Origin: a virus
Taxonomy: Duplodnaviria; Caudoviricetes
Direction: 5' to 3' (one strand)
IMG/VR virus record: IMGVR_UViG_3300028615_000012
Coordinates: 1 to 57,383 of that record
DNA: 57,383 nt
Shown: one piece after another, positions 43,801-51,308 of the stretch
How positions within the stretch are numbered: the stretch's first letter is position 1
How the letters are laid out: each line of letters opens with the position of its first letter
Notes under the pieces: model-generated
Databases searched by the model: none
Told to the model about the DNA's origin: nothing
Seen by the model: only the letters and a program-made list of their open reading frames with translations
Made by a program: the position numbers and the translations under genes

Positions 43801-45622
43801 TGCTACCGTCCTCGGTGAGCGTAAACAAGGTTCCGTAGCCCTGGGCCACTTGCTCGGCCTTGCTTCTGGCATTCAACACAGCGAGATAGGCCTGCAGCTG
43901 CAGCATGTCGCGCTCGGCATGATCGACAAAGGCCTGTCGCTGCAAATTGAACGGGTAGCCCGGCTCGCCAGGATCCATGTCTGGCTTCACGTCGATATAA
44001 AACTGACGCTTGATGATGTCTGACGATGGGTTGACTGGGTTCTCTGTAATGCCTAGCTCGAACTGTTTGAGGCCGTGCACAGACACCCGTGCATTTTCTC
44101 GCCAGACCGCTCGCTCATCTTTCGACATGTAAACGTCGACCGTGCCCCACTCGAAACGGACCTGTTGGATGACGTTGAACTCGTGGTGTCGGAAGTTTTT
44201 GCCGGACGGTGATTGACGGCCATTTTCTGTAACCTTGATGCGCGGATCGAGAATCTGTTTGTCGCTCGATTCCCAGACATCGAAGCCGCGAATGTCCGCT
44301 ATCGTTTTGACCTCACCGGTTCGGAAATCGGTGTACTCGTCGGGCATCGTCACCGTGACGGTAGTGCCGTTTGGCTCGTCGGTTTTCTCGCGACGCAGAA
44401 CGCGATCAGGCGGATACTTCGGATTCAGCGAATGACTTGGATCCTCCATGTTTTTCGCAAAATCCGCGCCTGTTGTCTCGAGCGTCGTTTTGACGCCATC
44501 GCGCACCGTGACGACTTTGAGCGCCTTGTTGCCGGCAAGGAAAAGCACCTTGGCGATACCGAAACCGCCAGAATTGATGTCACCCTCTTTGGCGGTGCCA
44601 GCAACACGCAGAAAGCCTGCGTTGATCATGTCGGGCGTCATGCCAACGCCGTTATCTCGGACTGTTACGCTGCGCTTGTCATCGCTGACGGTAATGTCGA
44701 TTTCGCCCTCGTCGACGGCACCCTTGCGGACATTGGTTCGCACCGCGTCGTAGGCGTTCTGGAACAGTTCCTTGATCGTGACCTTGTGGATTTTCTCCAT
44801 GTCACCGTAAAGCGCCGGGCCAAGCAGCTTGAGCACACGGCCGGCATCGGTTGAACCGCTCGCGCCCATGGCCTCGAGCTCGGCTTCGGCCTGCTGATCA
44901 TCAAGAAAATTGAGCTCCTCCTGTATTTTCTCGCGCTCGGTTCCCGGCTTTTTGCCGTCGTCGATCGGCCCCTGGAACAAACGATCTTTTACGCGCGCGT
45001 CCTCCCACCGCTGTTTATCCAGATCCTCCATGCGATTCTCTAGCTCGACCTTTTGCGCAACGAGAGGCTCGAGATCTCGCACAATTTCGATCGACCGGTC
45101 CATCATCCGGTGCCACGACTGGAATACCTCAAGCGGGGAATTGCCGTGAAGCAGATCGCCGCCCAGTTGATTGTTCCGGAACAGATCGGGATTGACGAAA
45201 AAGATCGCCGACAAACGATTCAGCAATTGCTGATCATTTTCTGGGTCAATGTTTTCCTGCGTTGGCGCTTCCTGCGGGCCGGTCCAGCTGACGACCATAT
45301 CTCGGATCCAGCGAATGCGGCTCCACTCGTCCTGCAGATCGCCAATGTCAGCGAGGACTACTTCATATTCAGCCTCGGCCTTGTCAAATGCCGCCTTGGC
45401 GTAGTCGCCGATAATCGCCCGCACATCAGGATTGCGAACTTGGAGCTCGCCCGACACCTTGGCTTTGCGCACGACGTCGAGCATGTCCATCTCGGCCGCC
45501 AGCTGGTATCGCTGCACGACCGCCTCATCAGACATACCCTCATCCAGCCACGACTGCAGGAGCGCGCGCTCATCCTTGTCGATCAGCTTTCCGAGTTTGC
45601 GAATGCAATCCTTGAGTGCCAT
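37859..45622 (-). CDS. Giant polyvalent internal virion/ejection protein (2587 aa): GHKL ATPase, HExxH peptidase, JAB/RadC, second HExxH, helical C-terminus
   Basis: KELFQNAYDA / DNGVGM / GGFGIA / GTTV; IHEIAH; HNHPSG.EPSQAD; STFIHETGH. Confidence 0.85.
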   Translation of the reverse strand: MALKDCIRKLGKLIDKDERALLQSWLDEGMSDEAVVQRYQLAAEMDMLDVVRKAKVSGELQVRNPDVRAIIGDYAKAAFDKAEAEYEVVLADIGDLQDEWSRIRWIRDMVVSWTGPQEAPTQENIDPENDQQLLNRLSAIFFVNPDLFRNNQLGGDLLHGNSPLEVFQSWHRMMDRSIEIVRDLEPLVAQKVELENRMEDLDKQRWEDARVKDRLFQGPIDDGKKPGTEREKIQEELNFLDDQQAEAELEAMGASGSTDAGRVLKLLGPALYGDMEKIHKVTIKELFQNAYDAVRTNVRKGAVDEGEIDITVSDDKRSVTVRDNGVGMTPDMINAGFLRVAGTAKEGDINSGGFGIAKVLFLAGNKALKVVTVRDGVKTTLETTGADFAKNMEDPSHSLNPKYPPDRVLRREKTDEPNGTTVTVTMPDEYTDFRTGEVKTIADIRGFDVWESSDKQILDPRIKVTENGRQSPSGKNFRHHEFNVIQQVRFEWGTVDVYMSKDERAVWRENARVSVHGLKQFELGITENPVNPSSDIIKRQFYIDVKPDMDPGEPGYPFNLQRQAFVDHAERDMLQLQAYLAVLNARSKAEQVAQGYGTLFTLTEDGSSGPELKLEPPERQRGGLVERLDEGSMLEVRDGVLVVDGIEQQRITPEEMRDLSGVDTSEYQVDQDLIPNKEPILHNQKKFKDDRQLLLSTHEEYAGSDLMDALYDKFGEERVHKYFYEIGRVFLDTRNLIAVKGDKNMFGGLDKIGAGVSVLGPMHYGVHTKVPGQMMFINPAADPRELRTRAETDGREVPANVTAASMLTTMIHEIAHYAEWSHDNDFIFALQNAMATAIQEPKVMAGLRKRLEDTLNANHEIYRWLADAQDIDSFNNLGNSLQDVGTEQRGTRGDITDPTQPEPRGAERPGAADEVQPGAAAATGISQRDRVAAGYREGGIVAPEGAVNPQAGQNSQLHKLLEDPRTVLEEPDRGIIVDESGNYIDTSTGLNPAEQDGDDMVREPVDSDMYGAAALSGKIRESESIANYKIRVKHEETKQFNIGIDKVETPEDAAHVLAPVRKNAQENFVALVLDEQQKPIAVIHHTKGTTDGAGVFPSVLAGAIHNTKGAKYVWFGHNHPSGKNEPSQADARITKKLQDTLAGTGVTIMGHVIVAAGGKAGRMAADGSDLGPIVPTKARRKKRVPVTERILVAAPSDAAPITGPESMRTMIRQAGRNPGVYLLDNRHRLIGHIALTTEQMENLRSSGGAAAFFQALDATNASAFAMVTPDLATEAVQNIVNFADDFRFLDHLYGDELKSRADQGTIPPKDGRYKQDERGYIDFDDLRRGYIRLTENADFSTFIHETGHLYLEVMRRVAAMEDAPQQIKDDWSKILNFLGVTDGSQITTEHHEKWARAFEKYTMEGKAPSLELQDSFNAFRRWLQAIYRKLTQMANVELTDEVRGVMDRMLASDEQIKLAEESHGFSALFLNAEEARMSQEEFTLYKRRLQAAHDDAVDRETRRLIKAMRRDQLAWWKEQRKAIQAEVEEEAYNTRVYVALAKLQKDQQPNGEPSPTAPFKIDKESLLELVAGDQSMLNRLPKPYIYSRDGGTDVQVAAQMFGYKDAMKMIEEMIKAPKMKAWIKAETDRRMLELYPDPLTDGTLADNAVRAVHDHKRAEILAAELRALRRMVREDRPAVRAAQQAERRQEREAIAANKAQLPSRKEVQMIRAAARQAIAAKEIRNIKPHQYLAAERKAGRMAFEAMRRRDYQAAYKHKMQQINALEMWRAANKAQRDAQAGQRYLSKFNRPTIQRKMGKAGVLEDIQAILEGVDLRRRSLTQVDMDKRLQSLRDDVEKGRFIVTPSTLARIFDDRVNWQDLTLEEFMGMRDLVKQIEHSAVASNKHYVNDQWVDFSEAEADVVESLFENNERIDLRPGGVRTGREQVSKSIDQGIRTWLRPSSIARVLDNAGFGALTRRIIAPMRRAYAEKLIPMLHKAQEDVSKIYQQHYSKAELGQLAKRNIRIESLDRTYSRSEILSVALNWGSQSNRAALLGGVDEGAPVFTQQAVDEMLAHLTAQDWGFVQGIWDYLDTYRDQIFEAEKRRRGVAPQKVEPLPFTIRTADGTEVTLAGGYYPLRYDSSYEAEAAPQDIQDEFNRVAFGSMVTANTRAGATYNRVRNHGKVVRLGLNNIDTHLREVIRDIAIGDETLYIKRLLDSREVRKAFKKTGNEHSLEALNLWLTDAAVGELPSENIWEASTAWIRTGFTKAKLGWNMAVMFLQFTGVFQTIAVIGATHYGRGLGKFMQNPRAAWKHVMETSKFLNARYEIGAWNKDVQDTRAHLESIFGTTPTASKVVMTRLAYTYFLPIAKAQQVVDITTWLGAYHKGLNELELSEADAVIYADTQVEASQTSGFFSDRSGFERGTSGLRKNRQSQWIRIWSTLLSYMLAKGNIAYEKTKSTNFRSPAQIAKYTADMFLLFTVEGMASALLYNRLPEEEDEPEEWAKWTAAVTADSMISGVPYARELLAAKYGGGNTPVGVFLNDSWRLIEQAGQGEADAAAVDAFLDVVGTATHTPTGQISKTYRAIFEDDDTALYEYLFGPSRDD

Positions 45623-45840
45623 TAGCGATCCTTCACATCGAGCCACGCCTTGATGACAAGGAGCAGGAGCTCGTCCTCGAGCATGATTCTACGCCACCGC
45701 GCCTCTGCGTCCTCGCTGGTGCCCGGCGGAAATGTCGGCTCCGGCGTGAACGGCGGCGGCGGAACGACGCCGGTCCTGCCGTAGTGCGATGACAGGTTGT
45801 GCGAGCTCGCGTAATGAGATCCTCCATAATGGCTGCTCAT
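45622..45840 (-). CDS. Small protein with SSHY repeats and a Pro linker (72 aa)
   Basis: Overlap-coupled; ends EDELLLLVI. Confidence 0.7.
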   Translation of the reverse strand: MSSHYGGSHYASSHNLSSHYGRTGVVPPPPFTPEPTFPPGTSEDAEARWRRIMLEDELLLLVIKAWLDVKDR

Positions 45841-46415
45841 GTGCCGTCCGTGCTCGAGATGTCACGGCCTCCGTTGGCCGAGTCATCGCCAACGATGCGA
45901 TCCTTGCTGTCCGCGGCATCCCTGATCGCGTAGCTGCCATCGCCGGCCTGATTGATCTTGCCGGCCGCATTGGCGCGTATCAGCCGGATCTGCTCGGCCA
46001 GCGTCTCGCCATTCTCCATGACGATGTTTTCCAGATCCGCCAGCGTGATCGAGCCCTCGATCAGGCCACCGGAGTTCTGCGACAGGATGCTGACCTGATT
46101 CGACGTGGCCTTGTCCAGGATGTTGTTGTTGGTCCCGGCCAGAGCGACCGCGTACTGGCCGTCCTCAAACGTGACGAAATACGGGTCGATGATCAGGAAG
46201 GCCTGCGCATAGGTGAAGCCGGAGATCGTATAGCTCGGGAAATTCTGCTGCGTGTCTGGCCACGGAATGCCGTCGACCGTCGCCTCGAGATCCTTGAGAT
46301 CCAGCCAGAACTGCGCCGTGTCCAGCTGCCGGACTTCCGGCGATACCTGAATGATCGGCATGTCAGCGCGCGGCACGAAGATCTCGCCGGTAATCCAGTT
46401 CACGCTGACGGCCAT
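45837..46415 (-). CDS. Putative virion structural protein (192 aa)
   Basis: Beta-rich; coupled within the block. Confidence 0.7.
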   Translation of the reverse strand: MAVSVNWITGEIFVPRADMPIIQVSPEVRQLDTAQFWLDLKDLEATVDGIPWPDTQQNFPSYTISGFTYAQAFLIIDPYFVTFEDGQYAVALAGTNNNILDKATSNQVSILSQNSGGLIEGSITLADLENIVMENGETLAEQIRLIRANAAGKINQAGDGSYAIRDAADSKDRIVGDDSANGGRDISSTDGT

Positions 46416-48079
46416 TACTCGTCACTCACCAAGGTTATCGTTGCGGACAGTCCGTTTGCGCCAATCGTGTCGTTGATCGGCGACGGCTTGTAGACCGGCG
46501 CGGCTGTGCCCTTGCGGACAAAGCCGGTCACGTCCTGCGGCGTGGCTCCCGTGTAGCTAGTTGATACCTGCCCGTTGACGTCCGTCGTGCCATAGGTGAT
46601 GACGTCGGTGCCTCCCGGCGTCGTCTCGAGGAACACACGGGCACCCTGAATCGGATTACCTAACGTGTCGACGACCGTGATCGTCACTGTCACGGTCTGG
46701 TTGATTGTGACCGTGCCGGTGTAGCCGGCTGCGCGCTCGTAGCTGAACGTGCCCGTGCCGTTGGTCACGTTGATCGTGACGTCGCCGTCCTGCAGGTTGT
46801 CAACGAGGAATACCGTGTTGCCGGTTGTGCCGTCGTTGGCCGTCTCGTAGCCATTGACTTCGTAGCCGTCAATGTTGAACGTCGTCAGCGCGGCCGTGTC
46901 CAGCGCGATCTCGATGGCGTGACCGGTGCCGTCGGAATTGAACGTCAGATTGTCCTGCGCCGATGGATCCGAGCCGCCATCCCAGAGGACCGCACCGAGC
47001 GCATCGTTGGAACCGTTGAACGTCAGCCGATTGCAGACCAGATCATCCAGGTACACCTGATCGCAGTTATTGAAAATGCAGTCGTTCGCGAAGCGACTGG
47101 TGCCGCCAGCCGGCGGGAACGTGATCGTGCCCAGATCCGTGAACGTAACCGCGGTGAGCTCGAGCGTGTTGATATTCGTATCAGAGCAGTCGAACTGCGC
47201 TCGGGTGCCCGTGTTGACGATGACGACATTGTCCAGCACAAAGCTGATCGTGTCGGTTGCATTGGCGACGACGCGGAACGGGAAATGCGTTGCACCGACC
47301 GCCCTGCCGCCAGCGTTGTCGCCGATCCAGAACCATTGCTCGTCCGCGGCCGAGAAATACGCATCGGCATTTGCTGCTGGCTCGCCCCATTCTGTCGGGC
47401 CGAAAAAGTAGTACAGCGCGCCGAGCGGATTAGCGACCAGCCCCCATCCGTTTGTGACGTCGTCGCCCTGCACATCTGCCATCGTTTCCGGTGTAACCGC
47501 TGTGCCGCCATTGATTCGCAGCGCGTAGCTGCCGTTGGCGTGATACGTCATCCGATCCAGACTGAGGTTTGCGACATTGCCCTGCGCCTTGGCGTTATGG
47601 AACGTGCCAAGACCAAACTGAGTGACCGCGGTCTGCGCAAGGTTTGCCTCGCTGCCGGCGTAGGTAGCGAAATTCGTACCGGGCGCCGCGACGATTTCGG
47701 AAACGTCCAGCTTGTAGACGTTGAAAAACGGACCGACTGGCATACCCTGCGCGTCCTGCCCGCCGACTGAGTAACCGATGCGATCGGTGCCATCGCCGAG
47801 AAGGATCTGCACACCGCGATTCGCGAACGTCTGCGGCAGCGCATCCTTGAGGATGATGTAGCAAGTCGAATCGCTGAGATCTATGTTGAACGTCGCGCCG
47901 GCGGAATCTTGCGTCGTGTAGAGCTCGTCGTCGTTGTTTGAGTGCTGCGCCTCGACGGCGGCCGCGCCCTCGTAGAACTGACCGGCCAGCGACACTGTGC
48001 CAAGTGCGCCACCCGATGTCGTAAACAACGTGGTGTCGTCCTCGCAGTCGTTGATTTCTGTGCGTAGATCGACGCTCAT
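46415..48079 (-). CDS. Virion fibre/adhesin-like protein with a C-terminal carboxypeptidase-regulatory-like (Ig/transthyretin) domain
   Basis: Thr/Asp/Gly-rich; VTITVVDTLGNPIQGARV...GTTDVNG. Confidence 0.7.
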   Translation of the reverse strand: MSVDLRTEINDCEDDTTLFTTSGGALGTVSLAGQFYEGAAAVEAQHSNNDDELYTTQDSAGATFNIDLSDSTCYIILKDALPQTFANRGVQILLGDGTDRIGYSVGGQDAQGMPVGPFFNVYKLDVSEIVAAPGTNFATYAGSEANLAQTAVTQFGLGTFHNAKAQGNVANLSLDRMTYHANGSYALRINGGTAVTPETMADVQGDDVTNGWGLVANPLGALYYFFGPTEWGEPAANADAYFSAADEQWFWIGDNAGGRAVGATHFPFRVVANATDTISFVLDNVVIVNTGTRAQFDCSDTNINTLELTAVTFTDLGTITFPPAGGTSRFANDCIFNNCDQVYLDDLVCNRLTFNGSNDALGAVLWDGGSDPSAQDNLTFNSDGTGHAIEIALDTAALTTFNIDGYEVNGYETANDGTTGNTVFLVDNLQDGDVTINVTNGTGTFSYERAAGYTGTVTINQTVTVTITVVDTLGNPIQGARVFLETTPGGTDVITYGTTDVNGQVSTSYTGATPQDVTGFVRKGTAAPVYKPSPINDTIGANGLSATITLVSDE

Positions 48080-48474
48080 TGCAAGCACCTGTGCAACACG
48101 AGCGGCAGACAGGCAGCCGCGAACATATCAGTCTCTTGTGGCGTGGGGATGCTGGCCGCCTGTGATGGCGGCGTGACCAGCCGATGCAGATTCTCGTGAT
48201 AGTTGCCAAAAATCACGGCCGGATTTTCAACCGGCCGGATCTCGTCAACGGTCTGGCGAGCACCGGGGATCAGAAATATCCTGCGGTGCTCGTCGATGTC
48301 GGCTATCGCATCATCAATCCTGTCGAATTCCTGATACGCGCCGCATCCTGGTACGTTTCCCACCATGCGCCAATCTCGTATTCGGTAGGCGCTGATCGTC
48401 TGTTTCCACATGCGCCATTCAACGAACAGCTGCTCATCAGTGAACCCAGGCTCCCAGACGCCAACGACAATCAC
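48076..48474 (-). CDS. Possible minimal SPOUT (TrmL/TrmH-like) methyltransferase-fold protein
   Basis: C-terminal PAVIFG...SIPTP...MFAAACLPLVLH echoes the SPOUT knot LVFG.E...I.IPM..SLN.A.A..I.LY. Confidence 0.45.
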   Translation of the reverse strand: MIVVGVWEPGFTDEQLFVEWRMWKQTISAYRIRDWRMVGNVPGCGAYQEFDRIDDAIADIDEHRRIFLIPGARQTVDEIRPVENPAVIFGNYHENLHRLVTPPSQAASIPTPQETDMFAAACLPLVLHRCLQ

Positions 48475-50876
48475 TCATCCGGCGTCCGAATCGTCGGCGT
48501 CGAGAACGGCCCGAACACGGCGCTCGATTTGAACGTCTTGATCGGATTCGGACTGCCGCCTCGCCGCACCGTGATGGCGACATCCTCGCCCGGTGCGATG
48601 TAAGTAGCCGTGTAGGACTCCTGCCCGCCAGATACATGCTCGGTGTCGATCAGCGCGCGCATGACGTTATTGCCGATTGCCGCATTGCTTGGCGCCGTGC
48701 CGACCAGCGTGAACGTGCCTGTCGTGTTGTCGAACGACGAATAGGGAACCAGATCGTAGTTGCCGTCCGAATCACGCTCGATGCGGATGTTGCCCGATGC
48801 CGGCGTGTTGTCCGGAATGTTGCCGGCACCGACCACCGCGCTCGTGCTGACGCCGGCCGTAAGCGCCACCGTCAGCTGCATCTCATTCAGCGTCGGCGCA
48901 GGATCCCCGTTGACGTCGGTCGTCGTGCCATCCCACGGGTACACCGTGACACGGTCGCCTGCGACAAGGTTTGTCACGGTGCCGGTCCGGTTGTCCGGTG
49001 GGCTGATCGTGACCTCGAGCAGGTTCGGGAAGCTGTCGCCGGCGATGGCGTCGGTCGGGTCGATCGCGATACCGAAATTCGTCTGGAAATTCGTGCCGGT
49101 AAACAGGCCGACGAATTGGTTGTTGATCGTGCGGGTGCTGACCGTGCCGTTGACGTCGATCGTGTTGTTCGACGTCTTGCCGAAAAGCGTCTGATTGTCG
49201 ACCGGTACGACGCCGGTAAGCTGCTGACCGTAGACATTGCCGGTCGTTCCCTGATCATCCAGCGCCATCAGGAGAATCTGGCCGCTGGCGGTGTTGTTGA
49301 CCACCGTGCCAGACGTTGCCGTCCACTCCGAAGCGCCGCGCAGCGTCGTAAGGCTTTCCGTGTTCTGGAATGTGCCAACGACGTCGGCCAGGATGATCGT
49401 TCCGACGCCAGCCGTGTCGTCGACGTAGATGACGCGACCGCGCGCGCCGGACGTGCCGCCCTCGACTACCTCACCCTCGGCCACCAGCGTACCGGTGCCG
49501 CCGGTGTACGGGATCTCGGTTCCGTAAGCCAGAACCTCCGGCTCGGTCAGGTTTGCCGATTCGTTGTCGTAGGCGAAGTTGCGATTGAAACCGGTGAATA
49601 GCTGCGCATTGCGGCCGAACAGTGTCTCGGACGTGCCGCGGCGCTGAATGTACTTGGTTCGCTCGTATGTCTGCAGCCCGCTTGCAGAGCCGAAGTCGAT
49701 CGACAAGCCGAACGGCGTGGCGCCAGATCCCTCGTTGTAATCGAGCGTCTGGTAACCCTCGGTGAGGACGATCGTGTTGTACGGAGCACCTGCGACCGTA
49801 CCCTCGGCCGTGTTGTTGTTGGCGTCGCCTGCAGAGAACAGTGCGAGCGATGTCTCGGCGGTGCCGATCGTCGTGAAGCCCTCGAAGTAACCCTCACCGT
49901 ACTCGAGCAGCTTGCCCTTGATGCGCTGACCGTCGATAGCCACACCGTTTTCGATCGTCTTGATCAGGATGCGAACCTTGCCGGATACCGAGTCTGGGAA
50001 GTAAGCGTTGTTCCAGTAGTCGGTGATAATCGCGTCCTCCTGAATCAGGATCGGGCGCGTCGAGCCGAGCGGCGTTGTGACCTGTACGCCAAGGCCGGAG
50101 TAGAGCTCGCGGGTGTTGCCTGAGCCCTGCTCGACCGAACCGCCGTACATGTGCTGCGCGACGGTGTCGTTGATGTTGATGGTGCCGAGCAGCCGGATAA
50201 TCTGATCGGTGGAACGATCCGACGCCGTGGCGTCGATCATCGACCAGTCATCGTCGCCGGCGATCGTCTCGTCATCGTTGAGATCCATCAGGAAGCGATG
50301 GAGCTCGAGCGGCGTGTAGCCGCGCGGATGTACCTCGCCATTGACCGTGCCGTCGCCAGCAATGTCGCCGGTGAATGTGTCGTCATTGACCGGCAGCCCG
50401 TTAACGTCGATGTCGGTAATGAACCGGACATCGAGCTCGCCGGTCGCGCCGGCATCGGCAACCACCGTAATGACCTCGGCCTGCTGGCCGCCGGAGAATG
50501 TGAGGATCTCGCCGACCACGACATTCGACGTCTGAGCGTCGAAAAAGAAACTGTGCGTTGCGCCGAGCGCAGGCCCGGTCCATGTGATCGCGCCAGAGGC
50601 AGCGACCGCCACGTCGTCACGCAGATACGCGGGATAGAGCAGTAGCGTACTGGCGTCGACGTCGGCCGTGACGCCGCCCTGGGTCAGCGTGTCGGCAGCG
50701 TCCGGTGGCGTTGAGCCGTCAATGATGGCGATGGCCAGCTTGCCGGCGGTGCCATCAGGTATGTCGGAAACGATAAAGCCCGAGTCGGCGCCGGCGTTCC
50801 ACGTTACGAATGCGCCCTCCTCGACGAATTCGCCACCCGCCTGATTGCTATACGTGACGTTGTAGTAGACGGTCAT
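48471..50876 (-). CDS. Virion structural protein with repeated beta-barrel modules (801 aa)
   Basis: Repeats of type GE.V.GGTSGA.G.V....G.L; acidic, Thr-rich. Confidence 0.72.
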   Translation of the reverse strand: MTVYYNVTYSNQAGGEFVEEGAFVTWNAGADSGFIVSDIPDGTAGKLAIAIIDGSTPPDAADTLTQGGVTADVDASTLLLYPAYLRDDVAVAASGAITWTGPALGATHSFFFDAQTSNVVVGEILTFSGGQQAEVITVVADAGATGELDVRFITDIDVNGLPVNDDTFTGDIAGDGTVNGEVHPRGYTPLELHRFLMDLNDDETIAGDDDWSMIDATASDRSTDQIIRLLGTININDTVAQHMYGGSVEQGSGNTRELYSGLGVQVTTPLGSTRPILIQEDAIITDYWNNAYFPDSVSGKVRILIKTIENGVAIDGQRIKGKLLEYGEGYFEGFTTIGTAETSLALFSAGDANNNTAEGTVAGAPYNTIVLTEGYQTLDYNEGSGATPFGLSIDFGSASGLQTYERTKYIQRRGTSETLFGRNAQLFTGFNRNFAYDNESANLTEPEVLAYGTEIPYTGGTGTLVAEGEVVEGGTSGARGRVIYVDDTAGVGTIILADVVGTFQNTESLTTLRGASEWTATSGTVVNNTASGQILLMALDDQGTTGNVYGQQLTGVVPVDNQTLFGKTSNNTIDVNGTVSTRTINNQFVGLFTGTNFQTNFGIAIDPTDAIAGDSFPNLLEVTISPPDNRTGTVTNLVAGDRVTVYPWDGTTTDVNGDPAPTLNEMQLTVALTAGVSTSAVVGAGNIPDNTPASGNIRIERDSDGNYDLVPYSSFDNTTGTFTLVGTAPSNAAIGNNVMRALIDTEHVSGGQESYTATYIAPGEDVAITVRRGGSPNPIKTFKSSAVFGPFSTPTIRTPDE

Positions 50877-50888
50877 CGCTCACCCTCC

Positions 50889-51308
50889 TTAGTGAGTAGT
50901 CGGTCGCGCCGGTGTCGCCACAATCCGCTGTGCGAACCCTCGGCCATCGCGTTTTATTTCAAATTCGTAGGATCCCCCGTTGTCGTTCCGCTCCCGCTCC
51001 TCCTTCATTTCGGAGAGGATTTGGACGACCGGGGTCAGATCTATTTCAGAACCGGAAATTTTCCGGTTTTCGCCTTGCTTGCGGATCATGGCCTGCAGCG
51101 TGGCCAGAATCTCGAGATTGGTCTGGTTGCGAGCGATGTCAGCGCGAATGCGCTCCTCCTCATTGGCTGCCATCGTCTTGAGGACGTCGATCAGATCGCC
51201 CAGTTGCTCGACTTGCATCGGTTTTGCCGGAAATTCGACAGATGCGCCCTTTTTTTGCAGCCGGCGGATCTGCCCCAAAGACATAGTTTTTTCAGTCACT
51301 TGAGGCAA
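50889..51308 (-). CDS. Hypothetical coiled-coil protein (139 aa)
   Basis: C-terminal FEIKRDGRGFAQRIVA hairpin; contains palindrome copy 3. Confidence 0.7.
   Translation of the reverse strand: MPQVTEKTMSLGQIRRLQKKGASVEFPAKPMQVEQLGDLIDVLKTMAANEEERIRADIARNQTNLEILATLQAMIRKQGENRKISGSEIDLTPVVQILSEMKEERERNDNGGSYEFEIKRDGRGFAQRIVATPARPTTH
51051..51067. promoter_or_regulatory. 17-bp palindrome, copy 3 (intragenic)
   Basis: ACCGGAAATTTTCCGGT, identical to the copies at 12824 and 26617. Confidence 0.8.

Noticed and set aside
37859-45622. Intein or split intein in the giant protein (Cys near the termini)
   Set aside because: No C-terminal HN/[CST] splice junction or LAGLIDADG motifs recognised
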